Source of the DNA: Tubulanus polymorphus
Lineage: Eukaryota > Animalia > Nemertea
DNA length: 64,000 nucleotides
Direction of reading: 5' to 3'
Assembly (NCBI RefSeq): GCF_964204645.1
Contig: NC_134028.1
Location: 22,130,345 to 22,194,344 of the forward strand
Positions 11,447 to 22,418 of the stretch are shown here, piece after piece (within the stretch, counting starts at the first letter, position 1; each line of letters begins with the position of its first letter). The translations under genes were made by a program, and so were the position numbers. The notes under the pieces were generated by a model. The model was not told the DNA's origin and ran no database searches. It saw only the letters and a program-made list of their open reading frames with translations.

Positions 11447-11454
11447 TTTATATA
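11447..11454 (-). promoter_or_regulatory. TATA box of the minus-strand peptide gene
   Basis: TATATAAA on the minus strand, ~70 bp upstream of a canonical GTAAGTA donor (11377). This implies a ~40-nt non-coding first exon. Confidence 0.55.
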
Positions 11455-12586
11455 CAACAGCCTTAATTCGTTTCTGATAGAGGAGCTTTCGGACAAAATA
11501 CCGCATAGAAGTAACAAAATCCCGAACTCAAAACAGTTGTTTGTTATAGACTTAGGATCCCATTAAACATGTGTCAATTGAACTGTTGTTATTCAACAAA
11601 GTATAGTCTCTCAGAATCATATCATCCTAGCAGCTTTTGAACATCAAATCTGATTTAATGATTCGCCCTAAAATACTGAAATCCTTTGAGCGCGAGCGTT
11701 ACGTCTCATACTGTAGTTTTGTGATGTGAATGAATAGATTTTGCAGGTGTCGTTGACTGGAGATTATCATGGTTTTTCCAGAACGGTCTATAGACAAATG
11801 ACGGGGCTTAAATTCGCCCATCTGTCCTTTCAAATCTGTTTACGGATTGGCCACAAATTTTTTACTCCTTATCACGTGAGTCCAGATATTTTGGGAAATT
11901 TTCAAGATGGCTTCAAATGGATTGTCTCATCCTCGCTTGCCAGGGGTCCGGTATCACTCCCGAACTCGCTTCCACCAGCGGAACAGCTTTAGCGTAGTGG
12001 GTTCGAATCCCTTGACGGTTGAAGATGGGATTGTCTCGGCGGGTTGATAAACCGCCTCAATCGAATCATTTTTTTCTTCAATGTTTTTGGCTTTTCTCCC
12101 AATGACGAGATCCTGCGAGGCCATGTGGTCCGTGGATACAGGTGACCTCAAACGAGTTTCAGAGATCCATGTGCGGCACATTAGTCGTGGCGACGGCTCT
12201 TACGACGAGTCGGCCGCGCAGTCCGGCCCAGCTAGTCACGGCACCGGCGGCACACTGCAGGCCGGCTCGTAGTTGAAGTTTGGGGGCGAATAGTAACTTA
12301 GATCCGCCAGCTTTCAAGCAACTTAAATATTGGAGGATCTTGGAGGATTGGAGGAACACGGAAACAAATATACTTTCAAATATATTGAATTGAGTTGCCT
12401 TCGGTAAGCGAGGTTTGAATTGAATTGTTCAGTCAACATTAACCTTTTTGAACCCGAAAGTAATTTGTTATCTTCGACAAAATGTAGATTTTCTTTCTTT
12501 TTTTGGTGAATAAAACCACGTTTTCCAGACGATTGAGCGCGACGACATCCCGCCTGATACCGTTAATGGTTTCTCTCGGGTTCTAA

Positions 12587-15500
12587 ATGGATTTTTATGA
12601 AGGAATAGATGCTGCTGGTGTAATCATGATGGATGAAAATTACTGGTATGAAAACGGTAAGAAAAGAACTGGAAGAACTGTCGTCAGCAGTCAAATGCCA
12701 GCAGAATCGAGAAATGAATGAGACATTTTTGCACTGTCACTTTCTGAATTTGAGCTTTGATGATATAATTACGGATAAATGCACCAGTAATGTGTTACGT
12801 CCTACCCCTCCTCCGATCACCCGCCATTTTTACGGCACTTTCTTAGTCTCTCTAGTCTGGATTGGAATCATTAAACCAAATGATATCTGACCGCACCATC
12901 TATCATCAGTGTTGAGTCTTTTACATGTGCTCTAAACAGAGTTTTGTGATAAACCAGGGAATTCATTGAATGATCGATTTTTACCATGGCAGATTCTAGT
13001 CAGTAACCTGTCTGTGGTTTAGTTTCACGATCGGATATTTTCACAAACCACAGTCAGGAATGGGAAGGTCATTTTTCAATGAAGTCTTCGTCAGCCAATT
13101 CGAGTGACGAGTAATTTGCCTGGCATTTCATTGTCTCTTAAGATAACCGTCTAATTTTTGTTGTAATCGACGCACAACAGATTCGTAGTTTGTCTGATAC
13201 CTATAACACCTCACCTGACGATCTTAATCCATGTGCAAATCGGCCGTAAAGTGAGAGTAAATTTCCGTCGAGTCAACAGCTGCCATTTTGCAAATTACTG
13301 GAGGTGAAACTCACGAAGCGAAACAACGAAATTGAAAAAATTAAGAAATCAACACTTATTCACATTTTTCTTTTACCAGAATTTATTATTTCATTATTTT
13401 TTATGGAAAACACGAAGATTTGAATCAAAGTTGGAAAACCATCAAAATTGAAAATTGTCGTTTCGTCTTGGAAGTTTTATATAAATCATTGTAGGTCCCC
13501 TTGCCTTATCATGCCACACATGCAATACAGAGAAATGGCGGCCAATGGCGAAATTTGTGGAGAAATTAATTAATTTCTGAAAATAATGTTGATTAATCAC
13601 TCGAAACATACATAAAATTGGATTATTTCGAAAGGTACCTGTGTTAGTTTGTGAATTAAGCCATTAATTGTGGACTGAAGTGAATAGAAAGTATATTTTT
13701 GAAGTGTTACTTTTTTCAACCGTGTTTTGGCCCTTGTCATCCCTAACGTTGGTATAAGCTCATCCGATTATAAAAAGCTTACCACCAACGATTAGGTAAC
13801 TAACTAGGCAGATTCATGCATTAACATACATCATTTCTCCTAAGAAGGGATGTATTTTGGCCTACAATAACATATACAATAAATGTATAATAAAAGCAGT
13901 TTTCAGGTCCAATTTTGAGCCTTATATACATTTTGGAAAGGTCCACCTCTGACCTAAACCTTGTTTTGATATAAAACGCTTTTGAATAATGAATTGATTA
14001 GATGGCCCTATAACCAGTATGAATGGCGTTCTAGAATTATAATGATGTTTAGTAATTGAAATCTATTCTATTTTCTTCGTTTATCTATTGATTGAAGAAC
14101 TGAAGCTGGCAGCCGAACTCGGGAAGACCTTACTAGAACGCAACAAAGAGCTCGAAAACCAACTAAACCTCGCTCATCAACTCAGCCATGACCGCTATAC
14201 AGAAATCACCGTAAGACATCAGCCTCGAGATGTTGTTGTTTTGACCGGGGCAAAATAATCCTAGTTGCGAACATCCAGAAATTTGTCGGTTAATTACTGT
14301 GGTTTCTCATTGTTACTCAAAACCCAGTTCCACAGTTGTGAGTTAAGATTTGACTCTGATAATGAACTAATTTTAACTCCTCTAAATAACGATTGTGGAA
14401 CTGGATCCTGGGTTGCAGTTGCTTAAAAGCGATAGATAACTGGCAGATAAATACCATAGAAACAATGAACTTTCAAAATTTCGAGCAACTGACCCCTGGG
14501 TGAATATTACCTCCGAGTATATAGAGACTTTGATACCCAGTCCACCTATGGTTCAACAGGGTACAGAACACTGGTGTTGTGATTCCTAATGAATTCAGGG
14601 TCCCTACAACTCCTTGAATCCTTGAAAACTCCTTGATTTTTGAACATATTTTTCAAGGTCCTTGAAAATCCTTTAATTTTGAGAAATATCCATAAACTCC
14701 TTGAAACTCCTTAAATTCTGGGAAAGTCCTATTAAAAATTTTCAAAAGGTCCTTTTCAGAAGACAGTGTATTCTATTATTCTTCATTGTGTGACTTGTGA
14801 GTGAAAGTTGTTTCACTTTGAGATTTAAAACATGTAAAACCAAAACGGCACACACAACAACTGATCAAAATTTGAGAAAAACTTGGTTTTTTTTTCGAAT
14901 TTTCGACTTTTTTTCCTTATATATGACCGCGAAAACCTCCTTGAATTTTGAAAATTACTCCTTGAAAATTCCTTGAATTCTGGATACCAGGAATTGTTGG
15001 AACCTTGGAATTAAAAAGTCTATCTCATTCAGATTTCTCTGGACTGACCAGAGCCGGTCGGTTTCAATCTGGTCATATATTTCAGAATTTTCAGTGAAAT
15101 TATAAAGAAAAATAGAATCCAACTCATAATGACGATGAGGGTGTGATGAAATTGATTAGTAATTTTGGTCATTGTTTTCACGATAGTTTTTACGCCAACA
15201 AGTCGACACGCTACGAGAGATGAATCAATCGAAAATGAGAATCTACGAAGAGATCGACAGAAATTCGCAGGAAACCGAAAAACTCAACAAGACACTGGAA
15301 AGAGAAAATAAATCCGATAGAGAAAAAATCAAAAGGTATTGGTTTGAATACTGAATAATTTGTAGTCCGATAAACTGCAGTCCAGTTACTGACTAAACTG
15401 CAGTCAGATTACTGACTAAACCATAGTCCAGTTACTGTTTGAACCACAGTCTTGCTACTGCACAGTTCAGTTTGTAACTAAACCATACTCAAGTTACTGA

Positions 15501-16836
15501 CTAAGCCAGTCCATTCACTGACTAAAACACAGTCTTGTTACTGCCTTAACCACAGTCCAGTCACTGAATAAAACATAGTTCCGTTACTGACTAAACCTTA
15601 GTCCAGTTACTGACTAAACCATAGTCTGGTTACTGACTAAATCCCAGTCCGGTTACTGACACTTAACAGTACAGTCCAGTTACTGACTAAACCTTACCAC
15701 AATCTAGTTAATGGCTAAACCACGGTCCGGTTACTGGCTAAACTGCAGTCCAATGACTTTCCAGGAGACCCTGTTGAAATATTATTTGCGAAACAGTACC
15801 ACCTAGTCTACATGTATGTCCATGGAACTAGCTTCTGTTGTTCACATTGATGGATGGAACCGCAGCTGTATCTAAAGAATTTTTCCATGTCTTGTTTTTT
15901 CGCAGGTTGCAAGAAGCGGTTGAATCTGTGGAATCTCGGTGTCAGGATCTACAAACAGAAATCGACCAACTACAAAAAGAGAAACGCGCCGAGTCGAAAA
16001 ACGAGAAGTTAGCGTCAAAGCGAATGTCGTCGAGTTTCCCGTCGCTGCACGACATCGGCGATTTCGATCGGTTGCTCGGCAACAACGGCAACAATAACCA
16101 GTCGATGAATTTACGAGAAGTCGAGATCGTTCGTCTGCGGGAAAATCTGCGAAACGTTCGCGCGCGTCTCGCGGTGGACGAGCACCGGCGCGACGAGCTG
16201 CAAGCACAACTCGAGCTCGCCGAGCAACTCAATAAACAACTCACCGGTGAACTGGCGGCGTCGCGTGACGACTCGAAGCGACTCCGGGTCGTCGACGCCG
16301 AGATGAAAGACTTGGAGCTGAGAGTCGCGCGCGCCGAGAACAACAAACTGTGCGAGAAATGCCGCACGCGTCTGGAGAACGTCGACACGGAGCCGGCACT
16401 GCCGATATCCGACCTGGAACACGACATAAACGAGATCCGACACGGGCAGGTTTTGAAAATGGACAACGGCGGAAGCGTGTTTGGCAGCAAGGAGTCGCTG
16501 CGCACGGCCGGCATCGACACGTACGACTTCGAGTCGCAGTTCGACATCAATCTGCTGTCGGAACTCGACCAGCAGTATCACCGGCTCGTGCAGAAATACG
16601 AGTCGTTGATCGAGGCGAAGCGTCGCAGTCTGCACGTCGACGGCGCCGCGTCGCCGACGACGAAGAAATCGCAGGAGGTGCAGACGTTCGCGGCGACCTC
16701 GACGTCCGAGGCCGAGTACAAGAAGATTTTCGAGGAGATTTTCTCGACTTTGCGACGGTCGATTAGTTACGACGACGTGACGAGTCGCGGAGCCGCCGCA
16801 ACGAGCGTCGGTAAACACGATCTGATGAAGTCGTAG
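12587..16836 (+). CDS. CDR2L: Cerebellar degeneration-related protein 2 (CDR2/CDR2L)-like coiled-coil protein
   Basis: Exons 12587-12656, 14098-14210, 15187-15335, 15906-16836 are in consistent phase. MDFYEGIDAAGVIMMDENYWYEN-ELKLAAELGKTLLERNKELE (CC1-box AAELG motif), FLRQQVDTLREMNQSKMRIYEEID, NLLSELDQQYHRLVQKYESL and C-terminal EYKKIFEEIFSTL match CDR2-family blocks. CDR2 vs CDR2L cannot be resolved. Confidence 0.85.
14596..15007. mobile_element. MITE with CAGGGT-type TIRs, (TCCTTGAA) subterminal repeats and 5-bp TSD
   Basis: CAGGGTCCCTACAACTCC ... GGAATTGTTGGAACCTTG flanked by GAATT at 14591-14595 and 15008-15012. Confidence 0.7.
15365..15755. repeat. ~23-24-bp minisatellite (CCAGTTACTGACTAAACCATAGT) in CDR2-like intron
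   Basis: About 15 degenerate tandem units. Confidence 0.85.
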
Positions 16837-17110
16837 ATGGTTTTTCATTCCTCAGTAGAGAGTGATATTAATCTCAGTATTTCTGGGTTAATCAGCTAAA
16901 ACCGACATTGCGATTATTTGACAATTTATTGCGACAGTTTCGAAGTTTTGACTAAACCTCGTTTATTCTTCGATGATGAATATCGGTGTAAATTTCTTAA
17001 CTGTGAGAATAAATTGTTGATTCATCGATTGTGGGTTTTGCTCGTTTTCCCGGTTGTTGTTCGAAGCCCCGGTCAAATTGGCAGCCGATTGAAGATGAGA
17101 TTTAGATAAA

Positions 17111-17445
17111 TGGGGAACCCGTAATACCAGCTATCCCACCAGATGGCGTAATGAGCAGTAGGTCGTTCATTGTCAAAATTAGTTCATTTTCGGTAAACTT
17201 TGAACTGGATTTTTAGACCAATTATCTATCATCGCAGCACCAACCAAATATACAATACTTTCATTCCTCTACTCGGATATCGGTGTAGTTTTTCTGAAGT
17301 AATTGATTCATTAAAGAAAAAAGTTCATTTAGTCTTATTGAAATGTAGAAGAAATCGAACGTGGACGACCGACTATCTTCTAGCAAACCAGGCGGATCCT
17401 CACCTGCCATAAGTGGAATCCTCGATTGCCACAGTTGCACTGAGG
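17111..17445 (+). mobile_element. ~330-bp dispersed repeat; other copies 29660-30020 (-), 30715-31030 (+), partial 39230-39390, ~50950-51230, 45005-45055, 46280-46315
   Basis: Shared blocks: GTAATACCAGCTATCCCACCAGATGGCGT, TTCATT..CTACTCGG, CTAGC(G/A)AACC(T/A)GG..GGAT..CCTGCCA..AGTGGAATCCTCGATTGCCACAG. Confidence 0.75.
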
Positions 17446-17942
17446 GAACCCCATTAGATAGACTTTGGAGGCTTTAGTGTGATCGGGGCTCTGAATGCTT
17501 GAATTTAGAAATATGAATCTTATTAACAGTGTGAACAAGAGAGTTTTGAATCTGAATATCTTCACAGAATGAATTCTAATACCTAGGCTACACATCTATT
17601 AGCGATCTGTCTGTCCGCATTTCTAAGTTGACTCGCAAGTTAACTCATAGTTCCACGGTTCTAATTCGGTCGAGTTTAATTCTTGCAGTCGAGTGCCTAT
17701 TTGAATCTAGTTGAATATTTTCTGTGGAACTGACGCTCTTGTGAATTTCCGGCTTCAATAACAACTGAACTATATATGCTATAGCTAGCTCCAAAACTGC
17801 GGAGTAGTTTCTATTGACCACCTTAATTTACATCCCTTCGCTGCTACCAATTTTCATCGATTCGCGGTTGATTTGCTGGTGCCGGCGCAAGTCCTCGTAA
17901 AAGTCTGAATGCGTCGTCGCCAGAGCCGAAATATACTCTTAA

Positions 17943-18228
17943 CCATTTCAGTGTGTCTACACCACAGTGCGGTGTATAAATCGGTGATGGATTTTGCTAG
18001 TACACCGCACTGCCGTGTTTCGATTTAATTAGTTATTAGTAATTATCTCTCGAAAGATGGCAGCACCTGTCAAACATAGTGAAATATTAGTTACTAATGA
18101 TACACCGCGGCGCGGTGTAGACGCATTATAGTGCTTTTCCCGTTGTTCAACACACTAGGGTGGAATTTCCCCAAATTTTCACATTTTCTCCAGCACTATA
18201 GGGTATTAATTAGTCAGCACGGAAAGGG
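17943..18228. mobile_element. piggyBac-like MITE
   Basis: TTAA-CCATTTCAGTG ... CACGGAAAGGG-TTAA (TTAA TSD, CCC/GGG-type termini with one mismatch). Confidence 0.7.
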
Positions 18229-18623
18229 TTAAAAAACTCAATAACTGTGTAAAATATAGGAGCATAATAACTAACTACGTTCAAACTAAAAACATAACCA
18301 TGACACCATCGCGGGTTTAACAAACATGCGTCACAATGATATCTGAAAAGAAAAATCACGCAATTGAAGACACTAGAGTTTTAAGTTTATGGACGCTACA
18401 ATGTTCCAGCTGTTTTCCAACCGAACCTAACTGAACGGAAACAATTAAATCAACTGATAAATGTAAAATGTGGGAGTGGACACAGACGTCAGACATCAGT
18501 TGTTCAAAAGTTAGTCAGTATCACATAAAGTTGTCGTTTTTGGTCGTCATTTGTTGGATTTGGCTTTCATTATATATATATATATTTATCACAGATTCGA
18601 ATATTTCCGTTACAATAATACGA

Positions 18624-18779
18624 CGGTGAAACCTCGTTACAGCGAACTTCATGGGACCCTGAAATATGTTCGTTATAACCAGTATGAAATTAGTCAAATT
18701 GTCTTAGTTGGATGAAATTCTATATTTGTTATATCCGATGAATCGTTGTATTTGAGTTTGTTGTAACGAGGTTCCACTA
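18624..18779. mobile_element. Tc1/mariner (pogo/Tigger-like) MITE; related ends at ~30480-30500 and ~61200-61219
   Basis: CGGTGAAACCTCGTTACAGCGAAC ... TTGTTGTAACGAGGTTCCACTA inverted termini, followed by TA. Confidence 0.6.
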
Positions 18780-20096
18780 TATGCTAGACTTGTTGTTAGG
18801 CTTTATCACGCGTTATTACAGTATCACTGTTTGCAATCGTTGTTGATATCGAAACACTTATAGATGGATTCAGTTCTATCATTCTGTGGGACCTGTGGGA
18901 TCGGGTCCTGGTTAGTTAAGCTTGAGGCTAAACTTAAAGAAAATCTAGAGTTATCTTTCAATTCAAACATCGTACATGTGCTTGAGAAATATTATTGATG
19001 GGTCGATGTATTGAATTTAAGTTCAAGGTTTTAAGGCGAGATCAAGTATTGAAACTTTCCACGCGTTTTGGAAATTTCTACTCAATTCAGTGGTAAGAAA
19101 CTTTCATGTTGCAATTTTGACTGATATGAAAGTTGACATTAAAACTGGTTTAAAACGGGCCCCCTTAAGTTTGTTGTGATGTTTCTGCTTTCGCCCAAAC
19201 AGATGTATATATACAATCTATGCATACACATTACGAAGCTAGTCCTTGAACTTTACACAAAAGCAGGGTACAATACTACAAGAGGTGCCTTCATATCTAG
19301 TCATCAACAGTATTCGAACTGCCAAAATTTGATTAACGTTCACCAGTCACAAATATACTTAAATAGCATTTGAAGATATTTCTATTTACCCTTAACGCGA
19401 TTATTATAGAAATCGACGTAATATTCTATATCTAAGGTCAAGTATGAAATGATATTGATAGTAAAAGCTTGGACTTTCTATCTAGAGTCCATGGTTAAAG
19501 TACGTATTGATGTACGGTACTTATTTAGAATTGCTATACAGTAGTCTGCGCGCGCTTGCTTCGGATCTCGTGGGACCAATAGATTTGTTCTGAGGCTGCA
19601 ATTGAATTGCGTGGTTGTTATTAACGTGAATTGGATTAGGAACATTTTCGATATTCTAATCCGAAGCAAGCGTTGGAGTCTATTGTATATATATATGAAA
19701 CGCATGTTGATGTCAATATATGTCATATATTATAAAGTGTTGCATTTATTCTTACAGTCATTGGTTTTCATGACTATATATATATGTTAATAGTATGTAA
19801 TGTATTAATAATAACCCGTTATATCCCCAGAGGGTTGGATCTAGGTCCACGTCCTTAGCATTAAATCCGACTTAAACATATCAGACACTGATGTGAATGA
19901 TTTACGGTATAAGTCTGTCTACCGTTTATTCAACTGGGGCTGTTTTTGCTTTTACAAGTTTTACTCTTTATTTTGCCATGACTTCTCTTGATATTTCGAT
20001 CAAAGCACTTCGCATGTCAGTCATATGTTCGGTGCAGTGATTTAAAACAGAAAACTCCTTAAAATTTCAATTTCGCCAATTCGCAGCTCTGTATCC

Positions 20097-20523
20097 CAGG
20101 GGCGGATCTAGCACTTTTAGGGGTGGGATCCAGGGACGTAAAAAGGGACCACGTAAACTGTTAGTTACTGTAAGGACGACGCAAGACGCATAACATTACG
20201 ACATAGCCCTTATGGCAAACGACAGCGAGGGGTTATTCGATGATAGAAATATTTTGAAATTTTCAGAAGAATTAGAGGTGAGATTTCCACGAAGCCGAAC
20301 AAGGAAATAGATGAAATAAGTCATAAAATACACAATACCACAACCAAAATCATGATACCATTGTCTTTGCATATTCATCATCTTGCATGAGGAAAATACC
20401 ACTTCTGTTTATTTCATATTCACCTTAATTGAAAAATTAATTGTCACTTAGGATTTCTTGGGGTAGACATTTGTAGGGACCTTCAAAATTAGGGGGTCCG
20501 GACCCGCTCTAAATCCGCCCCTG
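20097..20523. mobile_element. MITE with CAGGGGCGGATC TIRs and 5-bp TSD; related elements 9006-9342 and ~52138
   Basis: TATCC-CAGGGGCGGATCTAG ... CTAAATCCGCCCCTG-TATCC. Confidence 0.75.
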
Positions 20524-22418
20524 TATCCAGTCAGTTTTTCCAAGGTGTCTATGTTAATGTACCGTTAAAGAAATTGTAGAAATAATAATGTTTTATCGCT
20601 CGGAAGTTTAGTTTTTTTAACGAGCCAGTAGCCGATGTTATCGTTTTAGCTTACTCATCGAGTAGATGATTAGAATATCGTTTTCGGTGAAATTTGACGT
20701 AATTTTATTATTTGGTGCTAGTACGTACATTGTACATATTTGTCGAGGGCGTCAGGTTAATCGATGTTCGCGGTTAAAACCGCGATTGTTACCGTAGTTA
20801 CCCGTAGTTCAAGCTCAGTTTCGTTCTATAGCCGATCTAACGACTTAAGACCGGTGATATGATCTAAGAACGCTTTCGAACTTGTTGTGACCGTGTGACT
20901 GGCCATCGGGCTCAGACTGGCTCAGATACTTAAAAGATGGTTTAATTCAAGTTGTTAGTTTGGCTGAACAACGAAGATGAGCTTTTATTCGTGACGGTGC
21001 TCTGTTAGTGGCCTGCGTTAAGTTTTATGAGAATGCGGTAAACCTCGCCTTACTTGCCTAACAAGTTTGTCCTAGTAAGGCTAAGTTTACTGTATTCAAC
21101 TTCCATTTAAGAAATTAGTTTCCTGGGGTAATATATTTTGGTTTCTGTTTTTTCTGGGAATATTATGTCTTAATGTTAAATGTTTTATACTGTATCTAAG
21201 GCCTTGGTGTGACACTAGGTTCAATTGCGTACTTACTTTTCCGATTTTGGGACCAGAATCTGCGTGTGATTTTATTCGAAAGTTGAATTATATAATGTGA
21301 TTAATTTGCAGAACTTAAAAAATGTTTGAGTCAAAACAAAAATTATTATCCAGAAGTTTGATTTACATTTTGAATTTTACTGAAACTCAATAAAACGTTG
21401 ATTTATTATCATCAGAGCTGATATTATGAGTTATGAATTGTATTTCAGTTAAAGAACATCTCATTCTTCTATGGAGGAACTTTGGAGTACAGATGATCCC
21501 TTACAATCCTGGCGAGTTGGAGCAGTAATGGGCTGTCATGATATCTTGAATTGGAGTGGGAATACAGGGCGCTCGACATTCCTCTGGTCTTTTCTTGCCT
21601 CGGATCATGCGGAACAGATCAATTTTTTCCAAGTAAATCCTGGGTAGTCTGAGCAGGGATGGGTTTTTTCGCATAAATAAATTGGAGTAGGAAAATCTAA
21701 AACATGTCCCGGATATGCCACCCTATGCAGCAGTCAATCAAGAATACGGCCCTGTGCTGTCGAGAGATTTTCCACTGCCTCGGCCAACAAATGAGTCCTC
21801 ATTCTGAGCCTCCTTCAGGAATTCCTGAAGGAATTTTAGGGCTCCAAATGACAAGTCTAATAAAAAGAGGTTAAATTTCATTAAAACTCAATGTTTATTC
21901 TGATACTGAATTCATACATTAATCACATATCGATGATATCTTACGCTAGTTATCACACATATAGTCGACATCCAACTAGTTCAACAGTTGTGAGTCAAAT
22001 CTTAAAACCAAGAACTGGTTTAATATAACAGAACGGCTTTTGTTAGGCTACATACAACTGGTCCTCAATCATTTCTTGAGATCCATGGAATAAACACCTC
22101 TGTAACCATTTCACGAAGTACATATGTATCGAAAAAATTTTCCCTATCCACAACTACAGGGAAAACTGTCTTATCCGAATCTGTTTAATTTTGATTTCTA
22201 TCTAATCAGTGTTATTCAAAGTCCACTTATACATAAACGTTTGTAAATGATGATGTTTATTCTTGATTTCTCATGATCTGGATACATTTCATCCGTTCCC
22301 AATTAACTGAGCTCAACTGTAAATTGTTCATATGCGGAGCTGAATGAGGACAACATGAAAATCAGCAAATCAAACGTACATACTTTATAAATGGCCCCTT
22401 CTACTCTCCGTACGTCTG

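Noticed and set aside
11985-12015. GTGGGTTCGAATCCC T-loop/B-box suggesting a tRNA
   Set aside because: No acceptor, D or anticodon stems could be built.
11954-12359. Minus-strand ORFs upstream of CDR2-like, one ending KLFRWWKRVRE (superficially AMP-like)
   Set aside because: No signal peptide, processing sites or coherent splice structure; more likely GC-rich promoter sequence.
15365-15755. Repeat array resembling CRISPR
   Set aside because: Contiguous degenerate units without unique spacers, no cas genes, and located in a eukaryotic intron.
15872-16848. Several long antisense and alternate-frame ORFs over the CDR2-like last exon
   Set aside because: Shadow ORFs caused by the GC-rich codon usage of the real exon.
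22247-22310. C/D-box snoRNA candidate (ATGATGA...CTGA)
   Set aside because: Not intronic in a same-strand host, and has no terminal stem or recognisable guide.
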